Shown here: positions 37,478 to 49,407 of the stretch, piece after piece
Position numbering within the stretch: the stretch's first letter is position 1
Layout: every line of letters starts with the position of its first letter
Assembly: GCF_963921235.1 (NCBI RefSeq)
Contig: NC_086108.1
Span: 97,218,001-97,282,000, forward strand
Source: Mobula hypostoma
Lineage: Eukaryota
Direction of reading: 5' to 3'
Length of the DNA: 64,000 bases
Position numbers and translations under genes: made by a program
Notes under the pieces: generated by a model
What the model was told of the DNA's origin: nothing
The model's database searches: none
The model's input: only the letters and a program-made list of their open reading frames with translations

Positions 37478-37805
37478 AGCAAATGCTGGACGAACTCAGA
37501 AGGTCAGGCAGCATTTATGGAGGGGAAAAAATATTTGATGTTCTGGGTCAACACCCTTAATTGTGACTGAAAAGGAAGGGGGCAGAAGCCAGAATAATTA
37601 GGTTGAGGGAGGGGAAGGTGTACCATCTGATAGGTGAAGCCAGGTGAGGGGGAAGATGGGTTGGTAGTGGAGAGGCTATGGAATAAGAAGCTTGGATGTG
37701 ACAGGTGGAAGAGATAAAGGGCTGAAAAGAGGGAATCTAATTGGAAAAGACGGTGGACCACGGAAGAAAGGGAAGGAAGAAGGGAGCTGATAGGCAGGTG
37801 AGCAG
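37478..37805 (-). mobile_element. Penelope-like pseudo-LTR fragment
   Basis: aaatgctggacgaactcagaaggtcaggcagcat plus purine-rich tract. Confidence 0.65.
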
Positions 37806-38261
37806 ATGTACCTTCTGTTAAAAGAGAAAACGGGTCAAATAAAGATGGTTTTGCCATCAAGAATGAACTTATAAAACAAAATTGAAGAGAGTAGGTTTAA
37901 TGCTAACCATAATCCCTCAAACAATCTTCACACTTGCCCTGGTTCTTAAGTTTAATTAAAGTTTCTACATTCCCAAAATAAATGAGCAAAGTGTGAAATA
38001 TCAGTGATGGTGGAGGAGAGTGCGAATTGAACCATGAAGGAATGGTAATGATGCAGCCCATTAGTTTTCTGGGATATAATCACACGGTTGTCAAATTCAC
38101 TACCAAACTATTCAACATTATACCTGACTGAAACAGAGTTGAGGGGCCTAGTAATGAAGCAGTACATCTGGTTGGTATTAGCAAATGTTCAACATTATAG
38201 TCTGGAGAGTTGGGAGAGGCTATTAAGCTCACTTGCAGAAAAAAGCCACCCGTTGAGGGAC

Positions 38262-40250
38262 ATGAGAATATAAGAAATAGGAGCAGGAGTCGGCCATCTG
38301 GTTTGTTGAGCCTGCTCTGCCATTCAATAAGGTCATGTCTGATCTGGCCATTGACTCATCTCCACCTACCTGCCTTTCCCCCATAACCCTTAATTCCCCT
38401 ACTAGGCAATAATCTATCCAACCTTGTCTTAAATATATTTACTGAGGTAGCCTCCACTGCTTCATTGGGCAGAGAATTCCACAGATTCACTACTCTCTTG
38501 GAAAAGCAGTTCCTCCTCATCTCCGTCCTAAATCTTCTCCCCTGAATCTTGAGGCTATGCCCTCTAGTTTTAGTTTCACCTACCATCGGAAACAACTTTC
38601 CCACCTCTATCTTATCTACCTCTTTCATAATTTTATGTTTCTATAGGATCTCCTCTCATTCTTTTGAATTCCAGTGAGTACAGTCCCAGGTGACTTAATC
38701 TCTTCTCATCGTATAAGCCCCTCATCTCTGGAATCAACCTGGTGAACCTCCACTGCACCACCTCCAAAGCCAGTATATCCTTCCTCAAGTAAGGAGATCA
38801 GAACTGCACGTAGTACTCCAGGTGCGGCCTCACCAGTACCCTGTATAGTTACAGCATAACCTCCCTGCTCTTGAATTCAATCCCTCTAGCAATGAAGGCC
38901 AACATTCCATTTACCTTCTTGATAGCCTGCTGCACCTGCAAACTAACCTCTTGAGATTCATGCACAAGCACTCCCAAGTCCCTCTGCACAGCAGTATGCT
39001 GCAATTTTTTTACCATTTAAATAATAATTTGTTCTTTCATTTTTCCTTCCAAAGTGGATGACCTCGTGTTTACATTGTACTCCATCTTTCAGACCCTTGC
39101 CCACTCACTTAACCTGTCTATATCTTTCTTCATCTCTCTTCAGGCTCTACATATCTTCTTCACAATTTGCTTTTCCACTCAATTTAGTATCATCAGCTAA
39201 TTTAGGTACACTACACTCAGTACCCTCTTGCAGATCATGAAAGTATATCGTGAACAGTTGCAGGCCCAGCACCGACCCCTGCGGCAAACCGTCACCACTG
39301 ATTGCCAACCAGAGTAACACCCATGTATCCCAACTCTCTGCTTTCTATTAGTTAACCAATCCTCTATCCATGCTAATACATCAACCCCAACTCTATGCAT
39401 CCTTATCTAATGGATAAGTCTTTCATGTGGCACCTTTTCGAATGCCTTCTGGAAATTCAAGTAACTAACATCCATCTGTTCCCCTCTTTCCACTGTGCTC
39501 ATTATATCCTCAAAGAACTCCAGTAAGTTTGTTAAACAGGACCTACCTTTGCTGAATCCATTTCTTCCCAGATGCCTCGCTATTTCTTCTTTAATGATAG
39601 CTTTAAGCATTTTCCCAACTACAGATGTTAAACTAACTGGCCTATAGTTACCTGCCCTCTGCCTACATCCTTTTTTGAACAGTGGCATGACACTCACTGT
39701 CTTCCAATTCGCTGGGACCTGCACAGAGTTCAAAGAATTTTGGTAAATCATCACCAAAGCCTCTACTTTAACTTCTGCCATTTCTTTCAGTACCCTGGGA
39801 TGCACTCCATCAGGACCAAGGGACTTATCTATCTTCTGTCCTATCTTCAGGCGGACAGAGCGTAGGTGTTCAGCGAAACGATCTCCCAGTCTGCGTCGGG
39901 TCTCGCCAATATATAGAAGGCCGCATCGGGAGTACCGTACCCATTTCAAAGAGGAATGAGTTCAAGAATCATTAGATCATAAGATCATAATACACAGGAC
40001 CAGAAATAGACCATTCGGCCTATGGAATCTGCTCCACCATTCCATCATGGCTGATATATTATCCCTCTCAACCCCATTCTCCTGCATTTTCAACACTACC
40101 TCTTTAGTGATAGCTATTGTATCAAAGTCCTCACCTCCCATTGCATCCATAATATCTCTTTTTGGCATGTTAGACATGTCTGCCACTGTGAACACCGACA
40201 CAAAATAGTCATTCCGTGAAGACTGACACAAAATAGTCATTAGGAGAAGG
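38262..40250 (-). mobile_element. CR1 LINE, 5'-truncated and decayed, with a 235-bp foreign insert
   Basis: GPDGVHPRVLKE, GNYRPVSLTSVVGK, LNFQKAFEKVPH; (TTCTTAT)-like tail at ~38265. Confidence 0.93.
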
Positions 40251-40282
40251 AGATATCCCACACAACACAAGATTCAGCAGTC

Positions 40283-40985
40283 ACGAGGAAATCTGCAGAT
40301 GCTGAAACTTCAAGCAACACACATAAAAGTTGCTGGTGAATGCAGCAGGCCAGGCAGCATCTCTAGGAAGAGGTACAGTCGACGTTTCAGGCCGAGACCC
40401 TTCGTCAGGACTAACTGCAAGAAAAGCTAGTAAGAGATTTGAAAGTGGGAGGGGGAGGTGGAGATCAGAAATGATAGGAGAAGACAGGAGGGGGAGGGAT
40501 GGAGCCAAGAGCTGGACAGTTGATTGGCAAAAGGGATATGAGAGGATCATGGGACAGGAGGCCTAGGGAGAAAGAAAAGGGGGAGGGGGGAAGCCCAGAG
40601 GATGGGCAAGGGGTATAGTGAGAGTGAGAAAAAGGAGAGAGAGAAAAAGAATGTGTGTATATAAATAAATAAAGAATGGATGGGGTATGAGGGGCATTAG
40701 TGGAAGTTTGAGAAGTCAATGTTCATGCCATCAGGTTGGAGGCTACCCAGACAGAATATAAGGTGTTGTTCCTCCAACCTGAGTGTGGCTTCATCTTTAC
40801 AGTAGAGGAGGCCGTGGATAGACATATCAGAATGGGAATGGGACGTGGAATTAAAATGTGCGGCCACTGGGAGATTCTGCTTTCTCTGGCGGACAGAGCG
40901 TAGGTGTTCAGCGAAACGATCTCCCAGTCTGCATCGGGTTTTGCCAATATATAGAAGGCTGCATCGGGAGCACTGGACCCATTTC
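40283..40985 (-). mobile_element. Penelope-like element 3' end: GIY-YIG endonuclease remnant and pseudo-LTR
   Basis: CSRCSLLYIGKTRCRLGDRFAEHLRSV...HFN...EEQHLIFCLGSLQPDGMN; hammerhead motif in the pLTR. Confidence 0.92.
40377..40412 (-). ncRNA. Minimal type I hammerhead ribozyme motif
   Basis: AGTC-CTGACGA-AGGgtctcggCCT-GAAAC-GTC-GACT: both core boxes, stem I AGTC/GACT, stem II AGG/CCT, palindromic ACGT stem III. Confidence 0.85.
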
Positions 40986-41009
40986 AAAGAGGAATGAGCT
41001 GAAGAGTCA

Positions 41010-41567
41010 TTAGATCATAAGACCATAATACACAGGACCAGAAATAGGCCATTCGGCCTATGGAATCTGCTCCACCATTCCATCATGGCTGATATATTAT
41101 CCCTCTCAACCCCATTCTCCTGTCTTCACCTGTAACTGTTGAAACTCTTACTAATCTCCACTTTAAATATACTTGGCCTCCACAACTGTCTGTGACAACA
41201 AGTTCCACAGATTTACTACCCTCCGACTAAAATTCCTCCTCATCTCTGTTTTAAAGGTGTATCCTACTATTCGGAGGCTGTATCCTGTGGTCCTAGACTC
41301 CCCCATTATTTGAAACACACTCTCTCCACATCTATTCTATCTTGGTGTTTCAATATTCGATAGGTTTCAATGAGATCTCCCTCCTCATTCTTCTAAACTC
41401 CAGCAAGTACAGGACCAGAGCCATCAAACGTTTCCCATACCCTTTCATTCCCATGAACCTCTTCAGAACTCTCTCCAATGCCAGCACAGCCTTTCCTAGA
41501 TATGGGACCCAAAACTGCTCACAACATTCCAAATATAGTCTGACCAATGCCTTGTAAAACCTCATAA
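41010..41567 (-). mobile_element. CR1 3' fragment
   Basis: RFYKALVRLYLECCEQFWVPYL; (TCTTATG)-like tail at ~41015. Confidence 0.88.
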
Positions 41568-41571
41568 CTTC

Positions 41572-42112
41572 TCTGTAGTTGGTTGGGTTGAGTTTTCTCC
41601 GGTTTTAGCAATTCGCCTGCAAATATTTTATTGCCATATGAGAAGACATCATCGATGCACTGTTAATTGAGGTCCTCTGAATGCTTGGCCTTTATATACT
41701 TACCAGTCTGCAGATTGGTTGTCATTTCAGAAATTCAACTGTGATGTGGGGAGGAAATCTCGTCGCTGATTGCTTGCGTGGTAAACTTAGTGCGGTGTGG
41801 TCTGGAACTTTGCCCACACTGGCTCATAAATAGGATCGAGGTCTATATGTTTGTTTTCAGAATTGTTTGCAGAAAACCATGGATCTAGGAATTCTTTTGC
41901 GTGCCGTGTGTTTGCTTGCGCCATGACTTTCACTGATGCCCAGTCAAATTTGTGCCCCTCTCGATCTTCATGGGTGGGGACTAGGGAGAGTTGGTCATGT
42001 TTAGAGATCCTTGTGGATAAGTTTCTCCCAGTTTGGCAAACACAATATTTGCTACAGTTCCCACAGTGGATTTTGTAGACCACATTGGTCTTGTCCAATA
42101 GCTTGGTCTCCA
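41572..42112 (-). mobile_element. Second Penelope-like family: GIY-YIG remnant and decayed pLTR
   Basis: KTNVVYKIHCGNCSKYCVCQTGRNLSTRISKH...GHKFDW...EFLDPWFS...NKHIDLDPIY. Confidence 0.85.
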
Positions 42113-42635
42113 TAGTTTTTTGGATTAATTGACCTTGCCTAACACATGATATATGAAAATGAAGTAGAATTTTACTTGTAAGCACTCTGTGTTTTCTGAA
42201 TGCATGTGCCCATGGTGTCATTCTCATCTTTAGCTGGTCTCTTCCTTTAGACTACCTTCACATGGTTTGACTCTCCCACCATTAGTGACGCTCCTGGATC
42301 CACTCAAGTCAGCACCTGCATTAGCATGTGGTTATAAAAATGAGCTTACGTTGGAAGATTGAATGCTCTCAGATTATGGTTCCAAGTTCTAAAGCAAGTT
42401 TATTATCAAGTACGTGTATGTTATGAGATAGTACCTTGACATTTATTTTCTTGCCTGTTTATTTACAGGAAAATAAAGAAAAATAAATAAGATTTATGAA
42501 AAAGTATGAACAGTAAAGACTGACAAGCAACCAATGTGACATTGCCTGTCAGTCTTTGAGTGTCGTTTTTCATTGATTCAATTGTATTTCTTTGTTCCTG
42601 TAAATGCCAGCAAGGAAATGAATCTCAGGGTAGTA

Positions 42636-42950
42636 GTATTTAAGGCATCCGTTAGTCTTGCGAGACCATGGATCTGCGCCTGGAAAGTCTTCACTCTCCA
42701 GGGCGCAGGCCTGGGCAAGGTTGTATGGAAGACCAGCAGTTGCCCATTCTGCAAGTCTCCCCTCTCCACAACACTGATGTTGTCCAAGGGAAGGGCAAGG
42801 GCCGATACAGCTTGGCACCTGCGTCATCACAGAGCACTGTGTGGTTAAGTGCCTTGCTCAAAGACACAACATGCTGCCTCGGCTGGGCTCGAACTCACAA
42901 CCTTCAGGTCGCTAGTCGAATACCTTAACCACTTGGCCACGTGCCTCACA
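42636..42950 (-). mobile_element. Full-length tRNA-headed SINE with 11-bp target-site duplication
   Basis: TSD tcagggtagta at 42625-42635 and 42951-42961; A box TGGCCAAGTGG, B box AGTTCGAGCC; sibling at 54991-55298. Confidence 0.9.
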
Positions 42951-43688
42951 TCAGGGTAGTATACGGTGACAAATACATGCTTTGGAGATAAATTTACATT
43001 GAGCCTTTGAGCCATTGGCTTAAACTTACTTCACATATCTGAGAAACAAACTGGTAATCTTCATTTAAAAAGGCGGTTGTAATGGACAACAAGCTGATGC
43101 AGTTAGTACTGTTTCATGGCACTGGGAATCCATGTTCAATCTGACATCTAGTGTTCTGTGTGTGGAGTATGCACATAATTCCTGCAACTACACGAGTTTC
43201 CCCCTTGTGCTCTATTTTCCCACATGCCAAGGATAATTAAAGAAAGATAAAAAATAGCTTTATTTGTCGATCTATGTGCAAACATCGAAACATACAGTGC
43301 AATGTGTTATTTGCATTAACAACAAACATAGTTCGATGTGCTGAGGAAGACTGCAAGTGTCACAATTCTCCTGGCACCAATGTACCGTGCTCACAACTTA
43401 CTAACCCTAACCTGTACGTATTTACCTACCTGTTTGTTTGTTTATTTATTTTTTTATTGAGATAGAGTGTGGAATAGGCCCTGCCGGCCCTTTGAGCCGT
43501 GCTACCCAGCTATCCCCCGATTTAATCCTAGCCTCACTCTGGGACAATTTACAATGACCAATTAACCTACCAACTGGTATGTGTTTAACTGCTTGAGGAA
43601 ACCGGAGCACCCAGAGGAAATCCACGTGGTCACAGGGAGAACGTAAGGCAGCGGTGGGAATTGAACCTGTGTCACCTGTACTGTAAAG

Positions 43689-44456
43689 CAGCGGTCCCCA
43701 ACCACCGGGCTGTAAAGCATGCGCTACCAGGCCGTGAGGAAACGATATGAGTCAGCTGCACCTTTCCTCATTCCCTGTCACGCACTGTTGAACTTGAACG
43801 TAGGGTTGCCAACTGTCCCGTATTAGCCGGGACATCCTGTATATTGGGCTAAATTGTTTTGTCCCATACGGGACCGCCCTTGTCCCGTATTTCCCCCACT
43901 AAGGTAGAGTGTTCCTATGAAATCTTTTGTACCAAAATGGCGTAAAGCGCAGAAGCAATTACCATTAATTTATATGGGAAAAATTTTTGAGCGTTCCCAG
44001 ACCCAATAAATAACCTAACAAATCATACCAAATAACACATAAAACCGAAAATAATTAACACTAACATATAGTAAGTACACAGACTATATAAAGTAGAAAT
44101 AATGTATGTACAGTATGGTCGGGAAGATGAAGGGAAAACCGATTTGTGGGGAAAAAATCAGCACGTACGCGCTTGCGCACATCACATGCGCACATCACGC
44201 ACGTGCACACAGGTGGCCGCGCAAGGCTTCATGGTCATGGTAGTCTTTCCTGGGGTAAAGTGTCCCGGGATTTGACTGCTACTTTTGTCCCTCATTTGGG
44301 AGTGAGAAAGTTGGCAACCCTAACTGTAAAAGACAGGTATGTTGAAGTGAGTTTAACCCTACTTGAACACGCCCCTGCCCCCCCCGGTCGGCCGGTCCGC
44401 AGGAATATTGTCAATATTAAACCGGTCCGCAGTGCAAAAAAGGTTGGGGACCCCTG
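43689..44456. mobile_element. Non-autonomous hAT (Charlie-like) DNA transposon
   Basis: TIR cagcggtccccaacc / ggttggggacccctg; perfect 8-bp TSD ctgtaaag at 43681-43688 and 44457-44464. Confidence 0.93.
43801..44322. mobile_element. Inner hAT-like element nested in 43689-44456
   Basis: Perfect 14-bp TIR tagggttgccaact / agttggcaacccta; subterminal tgtccc(g) repeats; no matching TSD. Confidence 0.82.
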
Positions 44457-44891
44457 CTGTAAAGTGCTGTGCTGACCACTACGCTACTGCGCCCTCCCCA
44501 AGACTTTAGACACCGGAGCACCTGGAGGAATCTCAGACGGTCATGGCAAGATTGTACAAATTCCTTACGGAGAGTGGTGGGAACTGAATGCCGATCTTCC
44601 GCTTGCTGGTGCTGTAAAGTAATATACGAACCGCTACGTTACCGTACCACCGAAATGTTGTATGGGTTGGTAGTTAAATGGCCATTTTAAACAGTATTGA
44701 GATGAGCAGCAGAAAGGCTGGGAAAGGCTGCGTAGAGAAGAGAATGATGTCACTCTGGGTCAGTGTAATGGTGTTCTTGATGATTACCATGAGCTTGTCC
44801 TTTTCCATGTTGTCTGGCTCTTTCTGATTATGTCCTCAATATTCTTCATCACAGACGTGAATGCTGAGACGCATTCCATACAGGACTGAAC

Positions 44892-45395
44892 GGGTGTATG
44901 GGGTGTCCAGTGAGGGGTAGCACTTCTGGTGACGGCACTTGTCATGTCCACTCAGGGGCAGCTCACTCACCTTTGGTCCCCACCGGAAACTTCAGCTCTC
45001 ATGCTTGTCTTCAAGTAGCTGTTTGCATGCGACAGAGAGCACACCCTGGTACACCGCTTTGACAGGTGGGCTAAACCAGGTGAGGGTAGCTGGCGGGCCT
45101 CATGCCCTGGTGAGATGGGGCCATGCGGGTTCTAACATGTGAAGCCAACTCCACCTGACCGGGCGGATGAGATCAACAGTGAGGTCCAGCGGCTAGGGAG
45201 GCAATTCTCCAATACCTCATGGAGAGCGAAGGGCATAACAAGGCACAGAAGAATTCACGTCATCCACTGCAACCAAGGAAGACCCCAGTTTGTGACGCCT
45301 GTTCGTACCACTGGACCCAGACTTCTGAGGTCGAGCAATTGGAACTGCCCCAGTCCAATGGCTCTTCCACTTTAAAACCTCTCTGTTATTGTTGT
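44892..45395 (+). mobile_element. Decayed relative of the HDV-ribozyme-headed element
   Basis: 5' ~270 bp align with the reverse complement of 58530-58811; 3' portion differs. Confidence 0.8.
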
Positions 45396-45829
45396 GCACG
45401 ATGGACAACCAACAGAGGACTGAAAATTGGACATCTTTCATCCTTGATACCTTCCGTAAATCTGTGGAATCATCTAGAAATACTGGATCACTGAGGAGTT
45501 CCTAAAGATAAGGATGACCATGACTTTAATCAGTAACTATCCAAACTAGTGATACAAACACTGGAAGGGAAAAAGCAGGGTAAATTGAAGGACTCTTGCT
45601 CACCCTCGGTCATAAGTTTATAGAAAGGACGTTTCTATATTTCCATTATTATAGGAGGCCATTCACTCTATTGAGTCTCTGCTAGCTCAAAGAACAATAG
45701 CATTCCCCCACTGATTTTCCTTGTAACTTTTCCACCGCACATTCTCACCAACTCATAGAACATAGAACATAGAATAGTACAGCACAGTACAGGCCCTTCG
45801 GCCCACAATGTTGTGCCGACCCTCAAACC

Positions 45830-48709
45830 CTGCCTCCCATATAAGCCCCCACCTTAGATTCCTCCATATACCTGCCTAGTATTCTCTTAAACTTCACTAG
45901 TGTATCTGCCTCCACCACTGACTCAGGCAGTGCATTCCACGCACCAACCACTCTCTGAGTAAAAAACCTTCCTCTAATATCCCCCTTGAACTTCCCACCC
46001 CTTACCTTAAAGCCATGTCCTCTTGTATTGAGCAGTGGTGCCCTGGGGAAGAGGCGCTAGCTATCCACTCTATTCCTCTTATTATCTTGTACACCTCTAT
46101 CATGTCTCCTCTCATCCTCCTTCTCTCCAAAGAGTAAAGCCCTAGCTCCCTTAATCTCTGATCATATTGCATACTTTCTAAACCAGGCAGCATCCTGGTA
46201 AATCTCCTCTGTACCCTTTCCAATGCTTCAACATCCTTCCTATAGTGAGGTGACCAGAACTGGACACAATACTCCAAGTGTGGCCTAACCAGAGTTTTAT
46301 AGAGCTGCATCATTACATCGTGACTCTTAAACTCTATCCCTCGACTTATGAAAGCTAACACTCCATAAGCTTTCTTAACTACCCTATCCACCTGTGAGGC
46401 AACTTTCAGGGATCTGTGGACATGTACCCCAAGATCCCTCTGCTCTTCCACACTACCAAGTATCCTGCCATTTACTTTGTACTCTACCTTGGAGTTTGCC
46501 CTTCCAAAGTGTACCACCTCACACTTCTCCGGGTTGAACTCCATCTGCCACTTCTCAGCCCACTTCTGCATCCTATCAATGTCTCTCTGCAATCTTTGAC
46601 AATCCTCTACACTATCTACAACACCACCAACCTTTGTGTCGCCTGCAAACTTGCCAACCCACCCTTCTACCCCCACATCCAGGTCGTTAATAAAAATCAT
46701 GAAAAGTAGAGGTCCCAGAACAGATCCTTGTGGGACACCACTAGTCACAATCCTCCAATCTGAATGTACTCCCTCCACCACCACCCCCTGCCTTCTGCAG
46801 GTAAGCCAATTCTGAATCCACCTGGCCAAACTTCCCTGGATCTCATGCCTTCTAACTTTCTGAATAAGCCTACCGTGTGGAACCTTGTCAAATGCCTTAC
46901 TAAAATCCATATAGATCACATCCACTGCACTATCCTCATCCATATGCCTAGTCACCTTCTCAAAGAACTCTATCAGGCTTGTTAGACATGATCTGCCCTT
47001 CACAAAGCCATGCTGACTGTCCCTGATCAGACCATGATTCTCTAAATGCCTATAGATCCGAGCTCTAAGAATCTTTTCCAACAGCTTTCCAACCACAGAC
47101 GTAAGGCTCACTGGTCTATAATTACTCGGACTATCCCTACTATCTTTTTTGAACAAGGGAACAACATTCGCCTCCCTCCAATTCTCTCCGGTACCATTCC
47201 CGTGGACAACGAGGACATAAAGATCCTAGCCAGAGGCTCAGCAATCTCTTCTCTCGCCTCGTGGAGCAGCCTGGGGAATATTCCATCAGGCCCCGGGGAC
47301 TTATCTGTCCTAATGTATATTAACAACTCCAACACCTCCTCTCCCTTAATATCAGCATGCTCCAGAACATCAACCTCACTCATATTGTCCTCACCATCAT
47401 CAAGTTCCCTCTCATTGGTGAATACCGAAAAGAAGTATTCATTGAGGACCTCACTCACTTCCACAGCCTCCAGGCACATCTTCCCACCTTTATCTCTAAT
47501 CGGTCCTACCTTCACTCCTGTCATCCTTTTTTTTTCACATAATTGAAGAATGCCTTGGGGTTTTCCTTTACCCTACTCGCCAAGGCCTTCTCATGCCCCC
47601 TTCTTGCTCTTCTCAGCCCCTTCTTAAGCTCCTTTCTTGCTTCCCTATATTCCTCAATAGACCCATCTGATCCTTGCTTCCTAAACCTCATGTATGCTGC
47701 CTTCTTCCTCCTGACTAGATATTCCACCTCACTTGTCACCCATGGTTCCTTCACCCTACCATTCTTTAGCTTCCTCACCGGGACAAATTTATCCCTTACA
47801 TCCCGCAAGAGATCTCTAAACATCGACCACATGTCCATAGTACATTTCCCTGAAAAAACATCATCCCAATTCACACCCGCAAGTTCTAGCCTTATAGCCT
47901 CATAATTTGCCTTTCCCCAATTAAAAATTTTCCTGTCCTCTGATTCTATCCTTTTCCAATGATAATTATAAAGGCCAGGGAGCGGTGGTCACTGTCCCCC
48001 AGATGCTCACCCACTGAGAGATCTGTTACTTGACCTGGTTCATTACCTAGTACTAGATCTAGTATGGCATTCCCCCTGGTTGGCCTGACCACATACTGTG
48101 ACAGGAATCCATCCTGGACACACTTAACAAATTCTGCCCCATCTAAACCCTTGGAACTAATCAGGTGCCAATCATATTAAGGAAGTTAAAGTCACCCATG
48201 ATAACAACCCTGTTATTTTTGCACCTTTCCAAAATCTGCCTCCCAATCTGCTCCTCTGTATCTCTGCTGCTACCAGGGGGCCTATAGAATACCCCCAGCA
48301 GAGTAACTGCTCCCTTCCTGTTCCTGACTTCCACCCATATTGACTCAAAAGAGGACCCTGCTACATTACCCACCCTTTCTGTAGCTGTAATAGTATCCCT
48401 GACCAGTAATGCCACCCCTTCTCCCCTTTTTCCGCCCTCTCTATCCCTTTTAAAGCACTGAAATCCAGGAATATTGAGAATCCATTCCTGCCCTGGTGCC
48501 AGCCAAGTCTCTGTAATGGCTACTACATCATAATTCCATGTATGTATCCAAGCTCTCAGTTCATCACCTTTGTTCCTGATGCTTCTTGCATTGAGGTACA
48601 CACATTTCAGCCCTTCTACCTTACTGTCTTTACACCGTTTATTCTGCTTCTCTTTCCTCAAAGCCTCTCTGTATGTTAGATCTGGCTTTACTCCATGCAC
48701 TTCTTTCAC
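45830..48709 (-). pseudogene. CR1 ORF2 (endonuclease + RT), disrupted
   Basis: YLNARSI, VAITETWL, MGDFN; MDFSKAFD, GVPQGSVLGP; catalytic FADD reads FAGD; several frameshifts. Confidence 0.92.
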
Positions 48710-48744
48710 TGCTCTATCGCTCTGGGTCCCATCCCCCTTGCAAA

Positions 48745-49407
48745 TTAGTTTAAACCCTCCCGAACCATGCTAGCAAACCTACCTGCAAGGATATTGCTCC
48801 CTCTCGAGTTCAGGTGCAACCCATCTAATCTGTACAGGTCCCACCTTCCCCAGAAGAGATCCCAATGATCTAAAAATCTAAAACTCTGCTCCCTGCACCA
48901 ACTCCTCAGCCACGCATTCAACTGCCATCTCCTCCAATTCTTACCATCTCTGTCACGTAGCACTGGCAGCAATCCTGAGAACGTCACCCTTGAGGTCCTG
49001 TTCTTCAGCCTTCTGCCTAATTCCCGAAACTCACACTTCAGGACCTCATCCCTCTTCCTGCCTATGTCGTTGGTCCCAACACGTATCATGACTTCTGGTT
49101 GCTTTCCCTCTCGTACCAGGATGTCGTGCACTCGGTCAGAGACATCTCGGACCCTGGCACCCGGGAGACAACAAACCATGCAGGTGTCCTTCTCACGTCC
49201 ACAAAATCTCCTGTCTGCTCCCCTGACTATAGAGTCTCCAATGACGACAGCTCTCCTCTTCTCCGTCCCACCCTTCTGCACCACCGGGTCAGACTCAGTG
49301 CCGGAGGCCCTGACACCGTGGTTCATACCTGGTTGGTCGTCCCCGCCAATAGTATCCAGGACGGTAAACTTATTATTCAGGGGAATGGCTACAGGGGTGC
49401 TCTGCAC
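48745..49407 (-). CDS. CR1 ORF1 SGNH/GDSL esterase domain (5'-truncated, open frame)
   Basis: Blocks VVIGDSIVR, LPGAR, VGTND, DGLHLN all present in a 220-codon open frame. Confidence 0.88.
   Translation of the reverse strand: MQSTPVAIPLNNKFTVLDTIGGDDQPGMNHGVRASGTESDPVVQKGGTEKRRAVVIGDSIVRGADRRFCGREKDTCMVCCLPGARVRDVSDRVHDILVREGKQPEVMIRVGTNDIGRKRDEVLKCEFRELGRRLKNRTSRVTFSGLLPVLRDRDGKNWRRWQLNAWLRSWCREQSFRFLDHWDLFWGRWDLYRLDGLHLNSRGSNILAGRFASMVREGLN

Larger units (their letters stand above)
43430..44495 (-). mobile_element. V-domain SINE split in its tRNA-like head by a hAT element
   Basis: V-domain at 43595-43640; head ggaattgaacc...ctgtaaag | tgctgtgctgaccactacgctac resumes after 44464. Confidence 0.82.

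Noticed and set aside
39407..39949. Novel GIY-YIG/RT fusion protein
   Set aside because: Accidental in-frame join made by the templated insertion; both parts are short fragments with a deletion in the RT
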